A stretch of DNA of 64,000 nucleotides from Paraphysomonas bandaiensis. Its lineage: Eukaryota; Protista; Chrysophyceae. The first letter of the stretch is position 1. Every line of letters starts with the position of its first letter. Of the stretch, positions 39,353-49,968 are shown piece by piece. The notes below the pieces were generated by a model. The model saw nothing but the letters and a program-made list of their open reading frames with translations. It did not search any database and was not told the DNA's origin. A program made the translations under genes and the position numbers. Location: positions 310,001 to 374,000 of the forward strand of contig CBFFRP010000352.1 of assembly GCA_965644295.1 (NCBI GenBank). The letters run 5' to 3'.

Positions 39353-40633
39353 CAGGCTTGCGTAACGATTATTTGGCAATTAATTGGTGACAGATGTCCA
39401 ACAAAAATAATTGCAATTATTAATCAGCATCCAATTATTGACAATGCAATTAATTGGCAATAATTAATTGGCTTTAATTCTATTGCTAGGTTTTAGAAAA
39501 AATAACTGAACTATAATATATCATCCCAAAGATGCCGATTTTCACGTAGAAACATCAACATTTCAAGGTATCTAGGTGTCTTTCGCTTGCGAAAATCAGT
39601 CATACCAATCTTAGCTCTGCTAAACAACTTCTCACAAACATTGGTAGTGCTATACACTGAAACCCATAAAGATGATGCTCAATCACCCGATGTTGCCACA
39701 GTCGCACCAGTGCTTTTTCAGCGCAGTTCAATTCTTCTTCCCTACCGCGCTGAATTTTGACTATGGCTCTCTCGAAATCTGAATTTTGAACAATGTTCGC
39801 GTATGCACTTAGGTGGAATCTCATCCCAGGGTACTGATGAATTAATCATCAAATTTGTACCCTAATATATATGAAGAATTGATCTTAGTAATGGTAAAGA
39901 ATCAATGTTGTGATTATTAGGAAGTAAGTGATAAACACAGTAAACTGAGAAATATGAATAACAATATAAAACATAACTGTTATGCACATCTCTAATTCAG
40001 TTCATGATATATTTCACTGAACATTATAACTCGCAGATACTACCTTATATTAAACTGAATCCTAATATATAATCTAGATCAATCTAATCTTTCCCTTCTT
40101 ATGCAAATGTTTACAGACGATGTTAAATCTCTTTAAATGAGACATCCTCATTTTCATCTTAAATTTCACAGCAAATGCAGCAAAATAGCGTTATCCAGTT
40201 CTCCAGCACAACTCCATTCGTCAACTACTAAATCAAATGTGTTCGATAACATTTCCTTTAACCTTGCGAGCTGAGGTTAAAGTGTATACTAACCCGTGCA
40301 CTGACTGCCACACACAATTATGATTAATAAATATAATGATAACTTGACTGTGCACATACCAGGGCTAGGAAACAATATGTTGCAATACTATTGTTAGATA
40401 CCGTTCCATCAATACTATTGATGGAAGTTTGACCGGTTCACCAATCAATATATTTTACAATATATTGTTTCCTAGCCCTGGCACATGCATCCAAACTTCT
40501 ATGCTAAAGATAATGGGTTTGTACCTATGATCAGCAGCGATACATCTTAAGATACTATATATAATTGGCAACATTTAGCAATAATAATCGAAATTATCAC
40601 AATAAAAACCAATTAATTTAATTGACAAACCTG
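39353..40633 (-). mobile_element. Degenerate hAT transposon with transposase C-terminal remnant
   Basis: Minus strand 39515-39650 reads TTNVCEKLFSRAKIGMTDFRKRKTPRYLEMLMFLRENRHLWD (hAT dimerisation domain); CAGG(C/T)TTG ends with AATTAATTG subterminal repeats; boundaries approximate. Confidence 0.75.
40360..40480. mobile_element. 121-bp hAT-type MITE nested in the larger element
   Basis: TIR CAGGGCTAGGAAACAATAT at both ends; 8-bp TSD GCACATAC / GCACATGC. Confidence 0.85.
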
Positions 40634-40759
40634 TGACTATTATATATGTAATACTAACATTTCCAAGCTCATAGATGTATAAACACATTTGAATGTCATA
40701 AATATCAAGATAAACGCTTGAATAATACATATAATCGACAATTCTTAATCTATCTCCAC

Positions 40760-41971
40760 TTACAGCTCGGTATTATAGTCGCCTACAGCCCACTCTAATA
40801 TATAATACATTCCAAAATACGGTGGAGGGTGCATTATGACCGTAGTATGGACAGAGTGCAAGTCGCTTAAGAGTTTTAAGGCATCAAGTTGTCCCTGACC
40901 ACCGCGATTGCTGGCCTTTCTTAGCAAAACAACACCCCGGGGAGAGTGCCTCAAATATCTTGAGGAATATTGTTCGTTTACCCAGTGCGCCACTTGATTC
41001 GTGTCAAGAGTAACCAGCGATACGTCACTTGGACCAGCTTCCTCGGTCGACAGCCACGACACCATATATTGTGGATACATCCTCTTGATGTTCTCTATAT
41101 AAACACTACCTGGTTCCCCTGTCTCTGTCACGCCAGTGAGTATATAGTCACGGAAGCCATACAGGGATAAAATCGCTGGCGCTACGCTCCCATGGCCAAT
41201 ACAAATCTCTAGAACTCGATCATAAGAGATATTGCCAAGGTAATTTTTGAATAAAGCAGTACGTAGCAAGCGATCTACAAGAGAAACACTAGACCATAAC
41301 CACGCAGACTCCAGCCTATTCCCACCGACCCACATGTTAAGATCAAGCCAAATTGAACCCCTATCCTCCACTAACCATCGCGTATTAGACAGAACTGGAA
41401 GCAGGTCATACACATCAGTGTGGTGCGCATACAAATAGTTTCCTCCATGTAGTAATGTATCAGTCGGCGCAGTTGTCGAATACTCAAGGGAATCTGCTGG
41501 GAGAGGAGGTTCAGGAAACAACAGTCTGTTCATAGTATGTAGCGCATTGCTATATCGTTCTACAATTACATCAACTAAAAACCTTCGTATCTTCCTCTCA
41601 GAGTTAGAGGAATAAAACACACCTATAAAATCTAACTCAAAATTATCAGATGGGTTCTCGATACTGACAGCACTTAGAGTCTTATCCATCAGACTTGTGT
41701 TCCCATCTAAGTGCACATATATACGCTTGAATATATGATCTCCACCACTACTTCGATATGAATGAATCTTCATGGTGTCTAGGCAGGCTTCTATCATTAC
41801 ATCTCCCCGTATATGGGCATTACTGGTGCAGAAGGATGCTCTCTCGCTGCTGGGCACACTCACAGCCTCCAGTGACCCTCCTGCTGATAGTATAAAGGTT
41901 ACCAGCGGTTGGGCCTGCGAGATGTGGAACTGGGTGCATAGAAGAGATAGTAAAAGAAGGGGTAATGTCAT
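40760..41971 (-). CDS. Secretory-pathway protein of unknown function, possible degenerate SAM-methyltransferase fold
   Basis: 403-aa single ORF, signal peptide MTLPLLLLSLLC..., RVLEICIGHG resembles methyltransferase motif I. Confidence 0.6.
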   Translation of the reverse strand: MTLPLLLLSLLCTQFHISQAQPLVTFILSAGGSLEAVSVPSSERASFCTSNAHIRGDVMIEACLDTMKIHSYRSSGGDHIFKRIYVHLDGNTSLMDKTLSAVSIENPSDNFELDFIGVFYSSNSERKIRRFLVDVIVERYSNALHTMNRLLFPEPPLPADSLEYSTTAPTDTLLHGGNYLYAHHTDVYDLLPVLSNTRWLVEDRGSIWLDLNMWVGGNRLESAWLWSSVSLVDRLLRTALFKNYLGNISYDRVLEICIGHGSVAPAILSLYGFRDYILTGVTETGEPGSVYIENIKRMYPQYMVSWLSTEEAGPSDVSLVTLDTNQVAHWVNEQYSSRYLRHSPRGVVLLRKASNRGGQGQLDALKLLSDLHSVHTTVIMHPPPYFGMYYILEWAVGDYNTEL

Positions 41972-42362
41972 GAACTACCAGTGCATACTCCATATATGAG
42001 ACCCGATTTACCTTAACAACACATCCCTTCCAGGGTACATCTACACGTACATGTACTTCCCTACATGCATACAGGTACGGTGTCGTCTACAAGTACGTAC
42101 CACCGTGTACCTCCGACCCACGACACGATACGGATTGGGTACACTCAAAATTTCCTCATATGGGTGCGAAGAGGTCGAGAGGTGTACTGGTAGGTCGAGG
42201 TAGTTTGTACTACGAATGTACAGCAGTACTAATAGACTATCTATATATACATACACATACACATACACATACTCTGGCAGGAGGCATAACATACATATAC
42301 ACATAGCTATGATCCAGTCACACTGTATACTTGTAATCTAAACAGATTAACATGCCGCATCT

Positions 42363-45300
42363 ATGTCCCCCGTGAACATGCATACAGCACTACCACTGTC
42401 TTGTTTATTCTGTGTGTTTTACGGCTCCCTGTCTCTACAATGGGATACAGGCATATACGCCTCTCAGCCAGTGGCAAGCCCGAGTATCTCCACTGGGGGC
42501 GATATCGAGACATTTGGTAACATAGGGACCCTTGCAGTAGGAGGGGGGAATTACGTGAGAGTGTTTTATGAAGAGTATTCCGTGTCAGGTGGGACCATAT
42601 CATGGAGTTATGGTGCTGAGCTACGAGGGTCTCAGCTCACCAATGATTTGGGGTATGCTATATCTGCCGGGGAAAGTTTGAAAACTCTTGATGTTCTGCT
42701 AGCCAGTGCACCGACCAACAACTCGTTGTATGTCTTCAAGGACACTAGAACGCATTGGTCTGAACAGCAGCTGCTGGTTTCGAAAGATTCAAGTGAAGGT
42801 GACTTATTCGGCCATGATGTTGCTGTCAATGAGTTTGATCCTCGATCTGGTATTGTGGGTGCACCTTATGATGATGATATGGGGACATCATCGGGTTCAG
42901 CTTACATACTCTCTGCTTCTCCTACCGCTACATTTTGGACGATTGGTCAAAAACTTCAACCAAGCGATGCAGAAGAAAACGGCTTGTTCGGTTTCGAGGT
43001 GGATATTGTTGACAGTTACGCTGCAATCACAGCCCCTGGTAGCTGTCAGGTGTATTTATTTAAAGAAGTCGAAAAGCAATGGTCTGAGCAGCAGATACTC
43101 ACTTACACTGGATGTACCTCTCTTAGCATATCTCAATATGGCGAGAGACTTGTCGTTGGGGTACCAGGGGACCCTGGGGATGTCTATGTCTTGGAGCCTA
43201 AGACATACCGAGGAGAATGTGGGGGGGATTTTATGCCAACAATGTTGTCTTTTGATGAAATTGTTGCCATGCGCGACGACCCCTCCATCGACCTTAGAGA
43301 ATCTATATTTTCTTTTAATCCGACAGATATCAAGCCAAGCACTACTAAAATTTGTGAGGTTACGAAGTGGTCGGAGCAGCAGGTATTAACTGGCTCACTA
43401 GGAGCGGCGACATGTCAAAACTTTGGTATTGATGTGGACATATACGAAGACACACTCATCGTGGCTGACACTACACATATAGCCGCTTGTCCCACACCAT
43501 CCCCTACATCGCAGGGAGGAGTCCACATTTATGAGCTGTTCCAGGATTCTTGGACTTTATCTGACACCGAACGTAGTGGAGTAGCCTATGTCACTGACGG
43601 ATATGGGTCGAATGAAATATCTCTCACTGGAACAGATTTCGTGGTGGGAACTGCAACAGGTGTAGATGATGTCTATAACTATAACACAGACTATAACTGG
43701 GATTGTGTTATAATATCGATGGGGGACCAGTTTGGAGATGGGTGGGGTGGGGCGGAGCTTGTTATTACGCATCCTGATGGTAAAAAAGAGCGTTACGCAC
43801 CGTACTGTGATTCTATTCAGAATCCGCATTATATTAGGTGGTGCCCAGACAACAAGAATGATGTTGGGACTGTAGAGATGGAGATTGTTCGGGGCGAAGA
43901 CTTTCCGTTTCATTGGGAGATCCAATGGTCCGTAGAACCAGAGCGCACAGGAATCCCTGTGTATGGCGACGTGAACACGAAAATGGAAGTTGATTTCCAA
44001 GGGGACGAAATGAGAGTGACAGCAACATCTGATTGGTTGGAGGAGGGTTCCACGTGCAGCACCGTATGTCATTCCATTCTTACTCACATGCCGACCCCAG
44101 CACCAGCACCTAAACCGGCCCCTGCTCCGTCTACAGACACAGGAATGAATTCTACCAAAGCTAAACCAAAGCCACCTCCTCCTGATACTGTCATTCTCAC
44201 TCTCACTCTGTCAGATGTTGGTGCTGACTCATGGCACCAGGATTACAACGGCGGTACCTCGTATTCCATCACGAATAGAGATGGGTCAGAATTGTTTGCC
44301 TATGGTACAATGTGTGCATCTCAAATATCTCAGACATGCTATATTGAACTGCCGGAGGATATGGAGTTCGTTTTCCGTGTGGGTGGAGCATTAGATACCG
44401 ATGCCGGCGACCACTCATGGGAGTTCTGCAATACTAACGGTATGGTGCCGTATATAATGTTTCCTTGCATACATATTCTTATCGGTACTTATAGGTGGAG
44501 CGGTGGAACAGCTAGACTTTACCACAGCTTATGGACGGTGCACAGTTCAGGAGGAGTATACTCGTGGTACATACTGCGATAACGTGGCAGAGATTGCTGT
44601 CCTGAGCAATGGAATCCTTCTGTTGCACGGATTAGGTGATACATCTTTGAATTCCGCGGACGAGGCGGCCCTAACTTATGCTCTTTCTCAAGCATTGCAT
44701 AGCAAATATCTATTGGATGCGACGTATTCGTACAGCTATGATACTTACTTTCATGCCCTTAAAGTTGAGTTTGGAATTTATGTGCCCACTAGTACGTATG
44801 GATTGAGTGGAACGGATCATGACAATTTGCATGTGACGTTCGATATCGCGGTAGACTACATCTCTGAGGCTATCAGTTCTGGGGAGCTCGGTAGTTATAT
44901 TACCGAGTTCGTGGGAAATCACCCGCGAAAGACATTCACGATCATGAATCATGGCGCAATTCAATTAGAATCTGTGGCAGAGGGGTCATGGAGGAACCGG
45001 ATTCACTTGACATCATCCCCTTCGCCTTTCTTTGATACCCTTCCGACCCCTTCTCCCACTTATACCCGTGCTCCTTCTACTCCTCGTCCGACACTCTCTA
45101 GTGCTTCCATCACGAAGAGTGGGAAACAGTCTCCTAAACACAGTAGCAAAGATGAAGGGGCAGAATCTGCTTCTTATGTGTATATTGCGGGGGGGATGTT
45201 AGCTGCCGTCGTGTTTTTGATGGTGTTAGCTAATAAAAGCCGAGATAGTATAGCATTCTCGAGGTTTGATGTTGACTCAAATTTACCAGGGTCTGATGAT

Positions 45301-45729
45301 GCGAATATAACTGATTCATATGAAGAACTATGTACTGAAAGCAGTCATCACCAGATTGGAAGCGATGATGGAGGGGATAGTTCTGATAGTGATGATGATG
45401 TCGAAGTTGGACACAAATGCCAAACATTAAATACGAAGAAGATGTCATCTCGAAGTAAGCGGCAAAGTAAAGAACGAAAATTGACAAAGAGTGTGAACTA
45501 TGAGAAATTTGAAAGCTCTCCGGCTGCAGCCTATGAGTCTGTTTTAGGAGCACCAAAGGAAATACCAGGTGAAGATAGCAGTAGCAGTGAGGAAGAAGAG
45601 GATCGATCTCGAACGAAAATTAACAGCCAAAAATCGTACTCTAAACAGAAAGATACAGTGAGAAAGTCAGGAAAATTTAGAAGAGGAAGCAGCGCGACAA
45701 ATTACAGTAGTTTCAGTTCACAGTTTTAG
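42363..45729 (+). CDS. FG-GAP-repeat (beta-propeller) type-I membrane protein with Pro/Thr stalks and a charged cytoplasmic tail
   Basis: Signal peptide; FGHDVAV..IVGAPYDD..GSAY and WSEQQ(L/I/V)L repeats; intron 44440-44494 joins the two ORFs; TM YVYIAGGMLAAVVFLMVLA. Confidence 0.85.
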
Positions 45730-46384
45730 TTCACATTTTCTTTATTATTATATTCCCATATTTGTGAAAGTATCATGATAGGAAGTACATAATTTATCGT
45801 GTATTAATGTAATATGTATTCTATTTAAGTTTCTTGGAATGCAGAATGTGTTGAGTTTTGACAGTAGTAAAAACTACTAGCATTTTTAGTGTTGTATTCA
45901 GTGTTCATTCCTAATTCCTACAAACCACAACAGTTCATAAAGAATCATTCATTCATATAGAACACAATGAAGTAGTTGTATACTGCGCACATACATCAAT
46001 AATATCAAGCAGCACAATCCTGAAATCTCTGGATGCTTTGGCACAGCAAGTTGAAAAGCGAAAGAAATGTTGCCAAATTAATTTGGCCTAGGTCAGGATG
46101 GTGGACCTGAGAATGAGCAGCCCAAACGTTTTCTGTTGGACAGAACTGATGAAGAAGAGGAAAAAAAGATGAAGGTGTCGTTTCACTGACGATAAGGCAC
46201 CAAACGCACCAAGAACAGGAGCGACTGTATATACGCACGACCAAGCGACCAAACCAACCAAGTACCGCGCTTGAAGCATATTTACTACACTACAACTTGC
46301 ACCTCATCGATTAGAGACCCTTATGTTCTTGCACCTTAATAGATTTCTGTGGAATGCAAGTACGGTTGAAGATGCTATACGTGC

Positions 46385-46600
46385 TTGTAATGAGTAACTA
46401 AGTTAATTAGACAATAATTGGCACAATTAAATTGCAATTATAGTTGCGCGAGTTATAACTAATAATTGCAATTAATTGTTACTGTCTATAATCTATAAAA
46501 GAAATTAGCATGTACATATAAATAGTAAAAGCTTAAAATCATTTCTGCTTTAATTAGCCGCAGTTATGCCAATCAATTATGGAAAACTCTAAAACAGACT
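46385..46600. repeat. AATTGCAATT-rich remnant resembling hAT subterminal repeats
   Basis: Same short motifs as the ends of the 39353-40633 and 60231-61342 elements. Confidence 0.4.
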
Positions 46601-47827
46601 CGCCCAAAACTTTAGTTTATATCATTACTATAAATGTCATTGAGAATTGAGAAGGTTTATATATTACCCTAATTATACACTGAAAATGTATAATGTTTCT
46701 ATTCGGAGCATATCTTCTCCTCCGTGTGAAAGTTACTTCTCTACTAGAGTTAACAACCTGCCACATTTACTTTAAGTCTCAGAAAAGTTTCCCGATTTTG
46801 TTCATTCACACAAGTCAGCAGCTACACTGCTCCTCTAGATCTAAATTAGAAAAGACGGACCAGGTGTCACTTGAAAAGAGGACGTAGGCACTCCTCAAGT
46901 CTTAACTAAATCGAATAACCCTGATGAGGCAATCTTTATGTAGGGGTTTAGAATTCTTTTCTCTGATATCTCTTGTTCATGGAGGTCGAAACTTGTTTAC
47001 CCGAAGTTCGTTTTAGATATGAGGTGGTGGCTGTAATCATCAGTCTCAATCTCATACAACTCCATAAAACACCACAGTAGGTCTCAATCAAACCGAGCAA
47101 CTCATTATACGTATCCTGTGAGAGAATCCAAAACTCAGAAGCGCCAGAGAGAATACTCAAAACAGCACTCAACTGACAGCAAATGTCCACTAGCACCAAG
47201 TGACTGCAAAAGAAACCGTGCAGATACAAAGAATTATGTATGAGCTGATATGTATGAGCTAGTAGGGGGTGTCATTAGAAGTCCTGGTAAAATCAGATGG
47301 CACCGCATGCATACGTAACCCCTCCACACGAGAAGATTGGCTGGCCCTGTTGGCTATCGACATATCCATCACCTACAGCATATGTCATCCTATATTCTTG
47401 TTGACTATCAGGCCATAGGGGTCTGCTGATGAAGATGTCGCGGGACTCAGGGTTCTTTAGTCCTAAACGGAAGACTAGTCCGAAAGCAACTCTCTAATCC
47501 AGGAGTTTGTTTAAGTAGCTCAAGTACACGGACACAGACGGCTGTCGGTCCAGACCAACCCTCAGATGGCAAACACAAAAATGAGTTAATGATTTCAGTT
47601 TTCAGTGAAAAACGACGACGTTTCAAGATATGTCAGAGTGGTATATGCAGTCTTTACATATACATATACATGTATATCAATACAAAAACACGGTAGCTGT
47701 ACGTGTACCTGGAGCTGGAGCTGAGCTGTACTGCTGTAGCCTGTCTGTGTATTGAGAGCAGCAGGTTGGTTGAGTTACTTGCTATTGCAACTGCTTCACT
47801 TGAAATAGCGCACTGCAACATCCAACT

Positions 47828-48705
47828 ATGGCAAATCAAGTGGTCAAATTTCAATGGTGTGTATTGAATATTCGAATGGAGTTCATATCGTCTGATCTGC
47901 TCACAGGGAGAAACTGCTCTCAAGATTTTCTGATCCAACAGTTTTAAAGTCCATTAATGCCATTCGCAATAAAGGAAACGAGTTTAACGTACGTATATCT
48001 GTTAGCATATATATACATGTCGTATTCAACGTGTGCTTTGAGTAGGCTGTGATCGCTAAGGAGAGCAAGCCCCTTCCTCCTCTTGATTTCGCTGGTTACA
48101 AAGAGAAACTGAAGTTCACAGGCGTTGGAGTTGATGCACTTGAGGTTATATTGTTGTCTTGAGTGTTAGTATAGTTTACTTATATAATGTGTTAGCCCAT
48201 GTTAAAGTCCATCAAGATTCCTCAGTATACTTCCGACGTACCTGATTTCGAGAAGAAGAAGAGAGAAGAGATGGTATGTTGTAGTTAAGCGAATATATCT
48301 GGAAGTAACAGTTATATTCACGATACGCAGCTTAAGATATTAAATGATGCTACAGAGGCTACCAAGAGCGACTTGCAAGAGCTTTACAAGCAGCGTGAAG
48401 ACTTCGAGACCAATATTCGAACCAACAAGAACTCCACTCTTGCTGATATTCGCCAGCGCTTCCCGGATATTGCTCGCTCCAACGAAGATGAGATTGATCA
48501 GCGTTTGTGGTTCTATAACAAGGAGGAAACTAGATCGCACCTCGAGGAGGCCAGGGAGGACAATGAAGACGCACATTGCAAAAATGACGGTTCCAAGTAC
48601 GCAGGTGATTACGGTTACAAATTGTCCACCGGAAGAATTCCAGCTGTTAAGGGTGAGGACAGCTATGTCGCTAAGAACACGAAGCACTATGTTGGATTTG
48701 AGTAA
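47828..48705 (+). CDS. ATP5PD: Mitochondrial ATP synthase subunit d with C-terminal extension (5 exons)
   Basis: Spliced product MANQVVKFQWEKLLSRF...LPPLDFAGYKEKL...VDALE...IKIP...TLADIRQRFPDI..NEDEIDQRLW fits the subunit-d pattern. Confidence 0.75.
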
Positions 48706-49138
48706 GATTGTTGAAATAGAGGGCATTGTTGGGTGCATGTTTTGTGCAAACTTGTCAATGATTAATATAGTATCATCTCGACCAAACGCTCCTTACACTT
48801 TCCACTGTAGAATAAGCATGCTTCTATTGTACTATTCGACCAGGGACGTGAAATTAGAATGGACTATTGCTTGTATTATTTCATGACTGTTGTAGTTATC
48901 GTTAACACCATGGTATAATTGCGTTTACAAGGTTTGATCGTTAGGCCAATCAACTAGTATTATTGTACATATTAATTAACATTCAATTTCAGCTATTCAT
49001 TCCATGGTATTGCACAAATTAATCCGTCAAATTCTGATAAAATAGTTGTCACAATATTTAAGTTGATATGATATCACTGCGTATGTGCCGCATGTTGCAT
49101 GTTCTGCTATATATGAGAGCAATTGAAAGCAGTAGTTC

Positions 49139-49240
49139 TAGAGAAATATTATTCAACCTAGTCATCCAAAATTTATAGAATAACTTAGGCAACGTAATAA
49201 ATAACTCAACCTAGACAATTTTGGCATTCAACCTAGTTGT
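49139..49240 (+). repeat. Second copy of the CAACCTAG-type repeat end
   Basis: Matches reverse complement of 16850-16960. Confidence 0.55.
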
Positions 49241-49439
49241 TTTTATGTCCATTGATTACACACTATGACAGTCTAAGATGCCATCTCACACCATACACTA
49301 CACACTACACAACATATTAGTGGCTTACATCAGTTTAGAATGATCTTGATGAGTAATCAGTAGCTTATAGAAGATATCATAATTCAACTGTATACTGTGT
49401 AATACAAGTATGGTGTAGTTCAGAGCTGTATTCTATCAA

Positions 49440-49500
49440 GTCCCTTAACAAAGTCGTACTCGGATAAGTACCGAAGATATTTCTCCGGGAAACTAACGTT
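49440..49500 (-). repeat. Short fragment of the ~500-bp repeat family
   Basis: GGATAAGTACCGAAGATATTTCTCCGGGAAACTAACG matches 30957-30993. Confidence 0.7.
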
Positions 49501-49519
49501 CTTCTCCACTGAATGACCT

Positions 49520-49581
49520 CAGGGCCTGATAACCATTAAAGGTCCATTAATGCCGTTACCATTAACGGTTACCAGGCCCTG
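49520..49581. mobile_element. 62-bp miniature inverted-repeat element
   Basis: CAGGGCCTGATAACCATTAA...TTAACGGTTACCAGGCCCTG; flanks GAATGACCT / TAATGACTT. Confidence 0.7.
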
Positions 49582-49968
49582 TAATGACTTCGATGACTGC
49601 ATTAGCTCTCAGGAACGCAAAAATCCCCTGTTTTTACACCAAGAAAGAAAGAAAGGTTTTAAGGGCAGTGAAATATTCACCGGACTAATAGTTCCCAAAC
49701 ACCATCATACAATTCCTTCAATATTACAAAAAGCAATAATTCTGATTACACTTCATAGCAATATTTTCAAATCACAAGTACGGATTTTGGCTCTTCATAT
49801 AACCTCAGAGATACAGTTGTATCATTTGTAGTCAGGCTAAAAAAATTATTACAACTTATACATATATGATGTACGTAAACCATTTCAATTGAACTGGACA
49901 TATTCACGCATAAAGAACGCGTGCAAATAAATCAACACAATTAAATTCACCAATACATGACATAAATT

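Noticed and set aside
46000-47560. Coding-like, stop-interrupted sequence between the FG-GAP and ATP synthase d genes
   Set aside because: No recognisable motif; may be a decayed element but cannot be assigned
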